Shown: one piece after another, positions 18,218 to 27,395 of the stretch
Layout of the letters: the number at the start of each line of letters is the position of its first letter
Numbering within the stretch: the stretch's first letter is position 1
Assembly: GCA_048246715.1 (NCBI GenBank)
Contig: DBFBCB010000037.1
Coordinates: 17,703 to 81,702, forward strand
DNA: 64,000 nucleotides
Reading direction: 5' to 3'
From: Collinsella aerofaciens
GTDB taxonomy: Bacteria; Actinomycetota; Coriobacteriia; Coriobacteriales; Coriobacteriaceae
Position numbers and translations under genes: made by a program
The notes under the pieces: generated by a model
What the model was told of the DNA's origin: nothing
The model's database searches: none
Seen by the model: the letters and a program-made list of their open reading frames with translations, nothing else

Positions 18218-19376
18218 TGTGTTTCGTCAAGAGGATTTGAGCAAAAAGAGCATCGGAAATTGAGCAGTCGCAGCATCGGAAGCGCGCACGCTTTTTGAGC
18301 GGCTAGCCCTCCTGCATGAGGGCATGGCGGACGCGGTAGGACTCGCCGCGGAACTGGACGAGCCTCCCGTGGTGGACGATGCGGTCGATCACGGCGGCGG
18401 CCATCTGGTCGTCCCCGAACACCGACCCCCACCTGCTGAACTCCAGGTTCGTGGTGATTACCACCGACTGCCTCTCGTATGCGTCGGCGAAGACCTGGAA
18501 GAGCAGCCTCGCCCCGTCCGCGTCGAGCGGGAGAAACCCGAGCTCGTCGATGACGAGCAGGCGGGCCTTGCCGATGAGCGCGGCCTCCCGGTCGAGCCTC
18601 CCGTCGTCGCGGGCGCGCCTCAGGCGCATCACGAGCGAGGACGCCGTGAAGAAGCGCGCCTCGAGCCTCCTCTCGCACGCCAGCGCGCAGAGGGCCGACG
18701 CCATGTGCGTCTTGCCGGTGCCGACGTCGCCCATGAGCACGAGGTCCTCCCTGCGCCCGACGAAGTCGAGCGCGAGCAGCGACTCGCGCCCCATGCCCTC
18801 CGGCCACGACACGGCCGACCAGTCGTAGCCGTCGAAGGTCTTGGGCGCCGGCAGCGCGCAGCGCCTGAGCAGCGTCGCGCGCTTCGAGGCCTCGCGGCTG
18901 GACCTCTCCGCCTCGAGGTAGCCCGCCAGGTACTCCACCTGCTTCGGGGTGCCGAGCCTCGACCACTCCTCCAGGACGGCGGTGGTGAGCGAGCACGACC
19001 GCCCGGCCTCCACGACCCTGCGGGCCAGCTCCTCGCTAGCTGCCATCGGCGACCGCCCCCTTCAGGAACCCGTCGTAGACCGACAGGTCGGCCCCGCCGG
19101 CCCCGCCGAGAGGGCGCGCGCAGAGAGGGGCGATGCCCCGCTGGCCTAGCCTAAGGGCGAAAACGGAATAGACGGACCGACCGTCCGGCTGAGTCTGGGA
19201 AGAGGTGCCGGGCGGCGGGCGGAGCATGGCCACCGGACCCATCGAAACACATCTCCACCGTTCCTTCAACTGGGAAAACGACGCCCCGTGGCCTGAATGG
19301 GGCCTCGGGGGCGTTCGGCTAACTGCGGGAACGGCCTATCCGCTCAATGTGTTCGGCTGAGATCGGAAATCAACCA
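18216..19376 (-). mobile_element. IS21-family element with internal istA deletion, nested in the IS30 remnant
   Basis: Both ends start with TG. A possible 4-bp TATT duplication flanks it. Only a fused N-/C-terminal stub of IstA remains (19036-19230), next to an intact istB. Confidence 0.7.
18303..19046 (-). CDS. istB: IS21-family helper ATPase IstB
   Basis: Walker A GDVGTGKTH, Walker B LLVIDELGF, and the TTNLEFSRWGSVFGD motif. Confidence 0.9.
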   Translation of the reverse strand: MAASEELARRVVEAGRSCSLTTAVLEEWSRLGTPKQVEYLAGYLEAERSSREASKRATLLRRCALPAPKTFDGYDWSAVSWPEGMGRESLLALDFVGRREDLVLMGDVGTGKTHMASALCALACERRLEARFFTASSLVMRLRRARDDGRLDREAALIGKARLLVIDELGFLPLDADGARLLFQVFADAYERQSVVITTNLEFSRWGSVFGDDQMAAAVIDRIVHHGRLVQFRGESYRVRHALMQEG

Positions 19377-19431
19377 TATTATGGGCACAGTCGGCATTTG
19401 GGTTGGATAGCCTCGCACCGGAGGAATCAAC

Positions 19432-19833
19432 ATGAGTACAAGTAGCTACAAACCGCAAAAAGGCCGTGGCCTCCCGTGGCCTTTAGACACGGACGCTCCA
19501 TCGGTTGCCGATCAGGCCGAGACGCCTAGCGAGATGGAGGCGGCGCTTGACGTTCGACAGGATGAGATTGCAAAGAGCGAGATCCTGAGTGGAATCAACA
19601 GGCCATCCTACGACTCATTATTTGCGGTCGCGAAGAATCGCGTCCAGCTTGCGATTCTGATCATGATTTGCTCCTTCCAGACGTCCAAAGGGCCTAATAG
19701 GAAGGATGCCAACGGAAAAGAACTTACAAAAGGTCTTTTCATGCGTCAGGACAAGCTCGAAAAAAAGTCTGTTCGACTCAACCGACTGTATCGAAAGCTC
19801 TGGGCGAGCTGGCTCATCGAGGCATCATCATGA
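19432..19833 (+). CDS. hypothetical protein
   Basis: RBS GGAGGA before the ATG. 133 aa with no recognisable domain. Confidence 0.4.
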   Translation: MSTSSYKPQKGRGLPWPLDTDAPSVADQAETPSEMEAALDVRQDEIAKSEILSGINRPSYDSLFAVAKNRVQLAILIMICSFQTSKGPNRKDANGKELTKGLFMRQDKLEKKSVRLNRLYRKLWASWLIEASS

Positions 19834-20862
19834 AGACCGATGGGGTGTGGGTCATCGTTTGGGCTCAGCTCGATATTCAAGCGCGTGAGGCCGGATGGGA
19901 TCCGCGCGCGGACGCGGACGGCGAGGTCGGACGTGAAAGCCGGACCGCAGAGGTATCGAGCGCACGCGGCCAGGGCCTCGAGGGCGCCTGGCGGGTAGGG
20001 AGATCCGAGCATGAGGCAGGACAACGCGCAGGCCCGCGAAAGGTTCACGAGCTCCCCCGCGACGCGGCTGGACCCTCGGCTGCCCCTCGTAAAGGATGCA
20101 GAAGACACGGTCGAGGTCCGACGGTTCGACCAGGCTGTACCGGCAGTCCGCGTACAGTGCGCAGCCCCTCCCGCGCGGGTCGCCGTCCGAGTCCTCATCC
20201 GGCTCATGATGGCGCACCTCAACCCAAAGGGCCTCCAACACGTCGTCGAACCCGAAATCGAGCTCCGCCTGGACGCTCTCGCCGAGCGCATCGCCCAGGG
20301 CGAGCTCCGGCACCTTCGTCACACGGCCGTCCAGCCACTCAATCTCTGTCATCGCGCGCATGGTGCAAGCCCCTTCCGACACGGGATTGTCAGCTCAACC
20401 CGACCCTTACCCATACGGACGAACATAACTCGCCAGGGGGAAGCCCCTGAAGGCCGTGCGCCACAACATGAGGCCGAATCCGCCCCCGGCTGGACAGGCC
20501 AACAACGAAGGAGCACACGGAACCGGCGCGGCGTTACAACCGTCCCGGCAAGCGTGTCACTTGGCCAAGTCATGATGCCGACAAACCCGGAAATGCTCCA
20601 ACGGAGCGCCGAACGAGCGTAACAATATAAAGCCGTGCAACACGTGTTGGACGACCGGAACATCCCAAACAAAGGCCTGTAGGTCCCACCTTCAAGCCCA
20701 ATAGCAAAATGTGCATCAGCGGATTTGCAGCGATACAAGTCTCAACCGTCACCATCACACCGCAGCGCGCCTAGTCCCACTCATCCTACTGCAAATGTCC
20801 CAGAACGAGAAAACGACCAGCTTAACATGCCAACCTTTATATCCGCACGCGCGTAATTCAAC

Positions 20863-21522
20863 TCATAAGGACCGGCTATCCCTTACCTGTGACACAATCT
20901 CAAACGCACAGAACAGAATCATCAGTCCAATCATCGTATAAGAGGCAGCCGAACCTTCAAGCACTATTCCACAAAGAACAATCTCCGCGCAGCCAATAAG
21001 AACTGTTATCAGGCGCTCTGCCTTTTTGCTCTCGCCGCTCGCATAAAAAGGCGGCAAAGTGCACAAGATCACATATAGCCCGGGAAGGGAATACAGGATC
21101 GATAGTCCAAGTCCCCCATCAACCGCAGTGCTTTGCGTAAGAATCAACTGAACCCAAACGGCAATTATCACTGAGCAGGTTGTCGATAAAAGAAGACTAG
21201 AAATATAGCACGCAACAAAGTCCCGTCGCATTCGAGCAGAGAAATCCGCGAACTCTCTTCGCCGCGTGGAAACAATAAGGTACACAGAAATTGCAATAGA
21301 ACCAATCAGAGAAAACAGCGGAACAACCAGCAATTCAAGCTTATTACCCCATCGATCAACCACACCCCCACTCCAATGAGCGGGAATTGTATCAGGGAGG
21401 ACTGACCAAGCCGCCCATAGAATCAGAAATGGAAGAATAGAGAGGATGAAAGATGATAACACTGCAGTAGTTTTTTTGAGGCTCTCATCGATTCCGCATC
21501 TCCTTGCGCGCCCACATTCCAC
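20863..21522 (-). CDS. DUF1648/SdpI-like polytopic membrane protein
   Basis: PDTIPAHWSGGVVDRWGNK motif after the first TM, then five to six TM segments. Confidence 0.6.
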   Translation of the reverse strand: MECGRARRCGIDESLKKTTAVLSSFILSILPFLILWAAWSVLPDTIPAHWSGGVVDRWGNKLELLVVPLFSLIGSIAISVYLIVSTRRREFADFSARMRRDFVACYISSLLLSTTCSVIIAVWVQLILTQSTAVDGGLGLSILYSLPGLYVILCTLPPFYASGESKKAERLITVLIGCAEIVLCGIVLEGSAASYTMIGLMILFCAFEIVSQVRDSRSL

Positions 21523-21676
21523 TCCGCCTTAAATCAAGTATACGTTTTGGAACGGGATGTCACTCCGAACGCCTTACCCTCTTAGTGTGAATGCCGCTGC
21601 GGCATTGTTGACTCATCCTTAGTAATCGCGTCTATCCTCTGCAGCATCAGCCAAAGCAATCCGAGAGGAGCCGCAC

Positions 21677-22638
21677 ATGCATGCAGCGGAAATTCCTTTC
21701 GGGGGGTATCTCCCAGATTTACCCGCCGCCCGAAGGGGCAGTCGACAGTCGAGTACGTACTGATCATCGCGATCATCGTCCTGGTGGCGCTGATCGCGGG
21801 ACCGTGGGTCTCGTCGGCGATCACAAACCAGTTCAACACGGTGGCGGGGACGCTCGGCAACGGAATCTCAAAGGGGAGCTGGGAGTCGGGCGGCACGGGC
21901 GGCGGCAACGGGTCGTTGACCGACGCCGACATCGTGGACCCCGTTCACGGGATAGCGTTCGCCGTGTACTCGGAGGACGACCACAGCCTCATGTTCTACA
22001 AGCGCCGCGGGGTCCCCAGAGTCGGTGACATGCTCAACAGCCGCCGCGTGACGGCGGTGTATACGGGGTTCGAAAATGGATACGCCACCGCGACCGTGGG
22101 AAACGACGGCAAGACGACTGCCCCCTGGTGGCCTAACAGAAATAATATCGTGGCCGTAAAGGCCATTGACGATGGCATAGAAATCCACTCGTTGGCATTT
22201 TGCTTTCAGTACATGGAGAACTGCAAGAGCTTTGATCTGGCAAAGTTCGACATGTCGAACTGCACAAATCTGCAGCACGCATTCGCGTATTGCGGCAATG
22301 CGACTTCCTTCAGTATTTCAAGCTGGGATACGTCCTCGGTCGTCGAATTCGACTCGGCGCTCAAAAACCTTTACAAGGTCGAGGAGATTGACATCTCCGG
22401 ATGGTCGACGCGGAAAGCCGGCGATTTACGTCTCCTTTTTTCCACCGACAGTTCGCTGAAAAGCGTGAAATTTGGACCAGGGTGGAAGACCTCAGATGTT
22501 ATGGATATGCTCGGCATGTTTAGCTATTGCAAAAATCTAAACCTCGACTGTTCCGATTGGAATGTCCCAACCTATGCCAATCATAGTGACTTCAATCACT
22601 GCGCCCCCGGCGTTATCCTTCCGAAGGCGTGGCAGTAG
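21677..22638 (+). CDS. Flp-type prepilin fused to a BspA/DUF285-like leucine-rich-repeat domain; both ATGs are out of frame with the body (G6 tract). Phase-OFF or pseudogene.
   Basis: RBS GAGAGGAG, then ATGCATGCAG. The body frame reads GQSTVEYVLIIAIIVLVALIAGPWVSSAITNQFNTVAG. C-terminal repeats of the W-D/N-T/V-S...M..MF type. Confidence 0.6.
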
Positions 22639-22783
22639 GTCTGAAGAAACAAAACGGCAAGCAGTTTATGTGGCGCGGGCACCCGTGCCGCCGTTGCCTC
22701 AGCGGCACGTTACGGGCTAGTCGGTTCGATTTAACGTACGCTCTGCATGCAATATCAATCCCCATGCGAAGGGAGTGTCGCAT

Positions 22784-23786
22784 ATGCATGCAGCGGCAAT
22801 TAACCTTCGGGGGGTGGTTATCTCCTAGGAATACCCGCCTCCGAGGCCAAGGAGCCATCGAGTACGTTCTGGTCATCGCGATTATCGTCCTGGTTGTGAT
22901 GATAGCCGGCCCTTGGGTCTCGTCGGCAATCAGGAACCAGTTCAACACGGTGGCGGGAGTATTGGTAAACGGGACAGCAGGTGGGACTTGGGAACCGAGC
23001 GGTTCCGGCAGCGGTAACGGCGCGGGTTCCGCGACCGTCCAGGCGGCGCTCGCCAAGGACGCGAAGGACACGCGAAGGACTGGACCCTCGGTGAGCAGAA
23101 GGCAGTTGCCGAGGGCATCGCCGCCAAGGGCGAGGCGTCGCCCGCCTACGCCAAGGCGAAGGCCGCGATGGATGCCGGCACCGAGTTCTCGATGAAGCTC
23201 ACCGATGGCAAGACGCTGACTTACCGCATTATCGGCATCAATCATGATGACCCTGCAGGCGGATCCGGCAAGGCGGGCCTCACGTTCCTCACCACCACGA
23301 CGGGCATTTGGTCCCCCATGAACGCGATTGACACCAACGCCGGCGGTTGGGAGAAGTCTGAACTCCGTCAGAAAATGAACTCCGGCAAGATCTGGAATCT
23401 GATGCCCTCCGATTTCCAGTCCAAGGTGAAGGCCGTCAAAAAGCTATCGAACAATGTCGGGGGCGGTGATGAGAACAAGAACGCCGCCGTGACGGCTACC
23501 TCGGACAAGCTGTTCCTGCTCAGCTACTCTGAGATCGCCCCCCACCTCCTATTGGGCATCCTATCCCTGGACTTCCTCCGAGGGCACCCAGTACGAGGCC
23601 TTCAAAGGCAAGGTGACGGAGAACTATAATCCCAACTCTGCCATTGCCATTGGCAGCGGTTGGTGGGAGCGTTCGGTGTTTCCGAACGCCTCGAAGGGCT
23701 TCCTCCATGTCGACAGCAGCGGCAATCCGTCGGACAGCAACTCCGCGCCGGGCTGGTTTTGCGTCTCCCCCGCCTGGTGCTTCTAG
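22784..23786 (+). pseudogene. Flp-type prepilin fused to a DUF6273-like domain, multiply frameshifted
   Basis: The G6 tract puts ATG1 out of frame. There is an 11-nt tandem duplication at 23059-23080 and a second frameshift at the C6 tract 23538-23543. The restored reading ends in ...GWFCVSPAWCF. Confidence 0.75.
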
Positions 23787-23798
23787 CTTGTCTAGCGC

Positions 23799-23832
23799 AA
23801 AGCCCGCGTTACCCCGCGCGTGCTTTCTTTTG
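23799..23832 (+). terminator. rho-independent terminator after Flp-fusion copy 2
   Basis: AAAGCCCGCG ... CGCGTGCTTTCTTTT. Confidence 0.6.
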
Positions 23833-24048
23833 GCGACCGAACGAACGGCTTCAGGTTCATGGCACGGGTAGTCGGATTGAAGAGAAATGGGGTCATACAG
23901 CGGCTCTCAGAGCGCCTGCCGCACTCCCCCGCCATTACCTCTGCTGCGTCCTCGTATAGAGTCCATCCTGCTTGGTGTTTCGAGTTCGGGGCGTATACGG
24001 TGGGTGGATAATGGATTCACTTCGATGACGGCGTTTACGGGAGCGACC

Positions 24049-24276
24049 ATGGCGATGCGCGAGATCGCGGTCAAGTTCGATGAGGGCGAAATGGCCTTGA
24101 TTCAGGGCCATGCGGACGCCACGGGCATGACCTTTTCCGAGTTCGTGAGAAGGGCCGCGTTCGAGAAGGCTGAGGACATGGCGGACATCGAGGCCTACAA
24201 CGAGGCTTTGGACGGGGACGGCGGCACTCGCTACCCGATGGAAGAGGTCGTGCGCATGGCGGTGGAGGCTGAGTGA
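24049..24276 (+). CDS. ribbon-helix-helix antitoxin (RelB/DUF6290-like), apparently an orphan
   Basis: MAMREIAVKFDEGEMALIQGHADATGMTFSEFVRRAAFEKAEDMADIEAYNEAL. RBS GGGAG. No toxin ORF follows. Confidence 0.6.
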   Translation: MAMREIAVKFDEGEMALIQGHADATGMTFSEFVRRAAFEKAEDMADIEAYNEALDGDGGTRYPMEEVVRMAVEAE

Positions 24277-24563
24277 TTGTCCACACGCGTTGTCTGTCTC
24301 GGCTCTAAAGGCTTCTCTTGGGCGGGGTTCTGCTTATAGCCGGGTCCCGCTTTTTTGCGGCTTTCAGTTGTCTTTCTGAAGGTATGAAATGGCTGCCTCG
24401 ATATGAATACGGTCGGCATTCGAAGCGGACGTTATAGCCGCGCTAATAGCGCATGACTTTCTCCCCTGCCGTCATCGTTGCCGCAGCGGCAAGACCGTTG
24501 CAAATACTTGGAATAGCCCTACGCTCGGCTCGTATTGCAAACCCCGAGTGAAGGGAGCCGTAT

Positions 24564-25514
24564 ATGCATGCAGCGGCAATTAACCTTCGGGGGGGGGTCG
24601 CTCCTGAAACGACCCGCTTCCGAGGGCAATCAATTATCGAGTACGTCCTGATCATTGCCGTCATCGGCCTGGTCATCGTGTTCGCGGGACCCGGCGTGGC
24701 CGGAGCCATCCGAAACCAGTTCAACCTGGTCGGCAACACGGTGAACAATGGGACGGTCGGCGGCGTCGAGGGAGGCGCGTCCGGTGGCGGCTCCGCAGGC
24801 GCCGATTCCGCGGCCGTCCAGGTGGCCATCGCCAAGGACGCGAAGGACTGGACCCTCGACGAGCAAGAGGCGGTTGCCAAAGACATTGCCAAGAACGGTA
24901 CATCGTCTATCGCCTACGCCAAGGCCAAGGCCGCCATGGATGCCGGCACCAAGTTCTCGATGAAGCTGACCAATGGCAAGACGCTCGAGTACCGTATCAT
25001 CGGCATCAACCACGACGACTTGGCCGATGGTAGCGGCATGGCAGGCTTGACGTTCGAGGCGACCAACTCTGCCTTGGGTAGCCAGAGAATGAACGCTACG
25101 GACACCAATGCCGGTGGTTGGGATAAGTCCGAGCTCCGTACCCGCCTCAACAGCGGTGACCTCTGGTTGCTCCTGCCCAGCGAGCTCCAGTCAAAGGTGA
25201 AACCCGTCACAAAGACAACCGATAACGTTGGCGGTAACTGGGGCGGTGCCCCCTCAGCGACGACCGACAAGGTTTTTCTGCTCTCGGCAACCGAAGTATA
25301 CGGGGATATGCAATCTGACGGCATCCAGTACGAGTGCTACAAATCCAAGGGCGTGACGGGGTCGAACTATTCCGGTGCATCAGGCTATAGCCACTGGACT
25401 CGTTCCGTGAGACCGCGCAGCTCCACATCCTTTCGCTATGTTCAAAGCGGCGGTATTTGCTACAGCTACAGCGCGACGGACTCGTTTTATGTCCTCCCCG
25501 CTTTCTGCTTCTGA
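24564..25514 (+). CDS. Flp-type prepilin fused to a DUF6273-like passenger domain (the only in-frame copy)
   Basis: MHAAAINLRGGVAPETTRFRG|QSIIEYVLIIAVIGLVIV matches the G-x4-EY Flp/TadV cleavage motif. Gly-rich linker, then NAGGWDKSELRTRLN ... DKVFLLS ... HWTRSV ... PAFCF. Confidence 0.8.
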   Translation: MHAAAINLRGGVAPETTRFRGQSIIEYVLIIAVIGLVIVFAGPGVAGAIRNQFNLVGNTVNNGTVGGVEGGASGGGSAGADSAAVQVAIAKDAKDWTLDEQEAVAKDIAKNGTSSIAYAKAKAAMDAGTKFSMKLTNGKTLEYRIIGINHDDLADGSGMAGLTFEATNSALGSQRMNATDTNAGGWDKSELRTRLNSGDLWLLLPSELQSKVKPVTKTTDNVGGNWGGAPSATTDKVFLLSATEVYGDMQSDGIQYECYKSKGVTGSNYSGASGYSHWTRSVRPRSSTSFRYVQSGGICYSYSATDSFYVLPAFCF

Positions 25515-25527
25515 TCTCTTTCATCGC

Positions 25528-25562
25528 AAAGCCCCCGCAATCCTGCGAGGGCTTTTCTTTTG
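25528..25562 (+). terminator. rho-independent terminator after Flp-fusion copy 3
   Basis: AAAGCCCCCGCAATCCTGCGAGGGCTTTTCTTTT. Confidence 0.75.
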
Positions 25563-25982
25563 GCGATTACTCAAACAATTCGAGGTTCATTGTACAGGTA
25601 ATCGGGTTGAGGAGAAATGGGGTCATACAGCGGCTCTCAGAGCGCCTGCCGCACTTCCCCGCCATTACCTTTGCGGCATCCTCGTATGGAGTCCATCCTG
25701 GTTGGCGTTTTGTTGTAACCGCTCACTTGTCCACAGATCAAGTGAACTGCTGGAATAAATACAGCGACACACTAGTTCGTTACAGTCGCCATATCTGCGT
25801 AAATCGCCGCGATAAATACAGCCTGTAATCGTCTGTATACCAGCTACGCGTATGTAGATTCATGTCGCGTTAATAAATCGGCTCAAGCGCGTGCAAAACG
25901 CGCAAGTAACCGCAAAAAGCGATTATCGCGCAGGTAGATTTTTGGCACCCTGTTGCTTAATCAAAATTAAGCAATTGCTTAA

Positions 25983-26100
<118 letters not shown>

Positions 26101-26180
26101 AAGCTTTTGTTTGTTGCTCTGCTCTCGCTCGCAACAGGGAATATATTAACCCGAAACTTTAGACTTGTGCAAGAACTTTT

Positions 26181-27392
26181 TTATAAATTTTGAAGCAAGT
26201 CCAAAATTGTATCTGCGAGCTTGTGTTTTGTTAGCACGGGAAGTTCTTGCGTACCCGCTGTACTCACGATCCAGGCCTTGTTGGTATCGGTTCCAAAGCC
26301 CGAATCGGCGCGCGAGACATCGTTGGCGATAATGGCATCGCAGCCCTTGCGGGCCAATTTGCGCTCGGCGTACTCGACAACGTTATCGGTCTCGGCCGCA
26401 AATCCGATTACGCACCGCTCGCCCTTCTGGCGCGAGAGCTCGGCCAAAATATCGACCGTCTCGACAAGCTCGATGCAATCCAAGCGTTCGTTGGACTTTT
26501 TGAGTTTATGGTCCGCCGGGTCCGCAGGCGTGTAGTCGGCGACGGCAGCGGCGCAAATGGCCGCGTCGGCCGTCTGGAAGGCGCTCAGTGCCGCCTGGAG
26601 CATCTCTGCGGCGGTCTGCACGCGCACGCAATCCACGCCGCGGGGCACATCGACCGATGTCGGTCCCAACACGAGCGTGACCGCAGCACCACGGCGAGCA
26701 GCCTCCCCCGCCAGGGCGATGCCCATCTTGCCCGAAGAGCGGTTGCCAATGAAGCGCACCGGGTCGATAGGTTCGTGCGTGGGGCCGGCGGTAATCACGA
26801 TGCGCTTACCTGCCAGGTCCTGAGGCGCGGGGTTGAGCACCTCACAGACAGCCTCGACGATGTCCTCGGGCTCGCTCATGCGTCCCGTGTCCACGTCGCC
26901 GCAGGCAAGGTAGCCGCTGCCGGGCCCCACCACATGGACACCGCGCTCGCGCAGCGTGGCCATGTTGGCCTGCGTCGCCGTCGCCTTCCACATGCCGTTG
27001 TTCATAGCGGGTGCGATCACGATGGGTCGCGGCGTCGCAAGCAGCGTGGTGGAGATGAGGTCATCGGCGACGCCGTTGGCCATCTTGGCAATGATATTGG
27101 CCGTCGCGGGCGCCACGACCACCAGGTCGGGCTCCTGCGCCAGCGAAATGTGGTGGATGGGGTCGGAGGGATTGTCGAATAGGCCCACGGCAACGGGCTC
27201 GTTGGTGAGCGCACGGAAGGTGAGCGGGCCCACAAACTCGGTGGCATGCTCGCTCATAACGACCTTGACGCGCGCGCCACGCTTTTGCAGCAGGCGCACG
27301 ATATTGCACGACTTATAGGCGGCGATCCCGCCGGTAATGCCCAGCAGGATCGTTTTTCCCTCAAGTTGCATTGAATTGTTGGATGCCGCCAT
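26181..27392 (-). CDS. coaBC: bifunctional phosphopantothenoylcysteine decarboxylase / phosphopantothenate-cysteine ligase
   Basis: GKTILLGITGGIAAYK flavoprotein N-domain plus the C-terminal CoaB domain. 403 aa. Confidence 0.92.
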   Translation of the reverse strand: MAASNNSMQLEGKTILLGITGGIAAYKSCNIVRLLQKRGARVKVVMSEHATEFVGPLTFRALTNEPVAVGLFDNPSDPIHHISLAQEPDLVVVAPATANIIAKMANGVADDLISTTLLATPRPIVIAPAMNNGMWKATATQANMATLRERGVHVVGPGSGYLACGDVDTGRMSEPEDIVEAVCEVLNPAPQDLAGKRIVITAGPTHEPIDPVRFIGNRSSGKMGIALAGEAARRGAAVTLVLGPTSVDVPRGVDCVRVQTAAEMLQAALSAFQTADAAICAAAVADYTPADPADHKLKKSNERLDCIELVETVDILAELSRQKGERCVIGFAAETDNVVEYAERKLARKGCDAIIANDVSRADSGFGTDTNKAWIVSTAGTQELPVLTKHKLADTILDLLQNL

Positions 27393-27395
27393 CGT

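Larger units (their letters stand above)
12428..25982. mobile_element. decayed integrated genomic island in tRNA-Pro (no integrase seen)
   Basis: Flanked by the tRNA-Pro half-site repeat. Contains IS remnants, pseudogenes and heterogeneous base composition. Confidence 0.6.

Noticed and set aside
19746-20382. GC-rich minus-strand ORFs (176 aa and 181 aa in two frames) that might be one frameshifted gene.
   Set aside because: No recognisable motif in either frame, and overlapping ORFs occur on both strands in this very GC-rich patch. The evidence is insufficient to call a gene or pseudogene.
20383-20862. 480-bp ORF-free stretch that is strongly C+A-rich on the plus strand; considered as an ncRNA or group II intron fragment.
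   Set aside because: There is no GUGYG / domain V-like sequence and I could see no convincing secondary structure. It is most simply degraded DNA inside the decayed island and cannot be resolved without a search.
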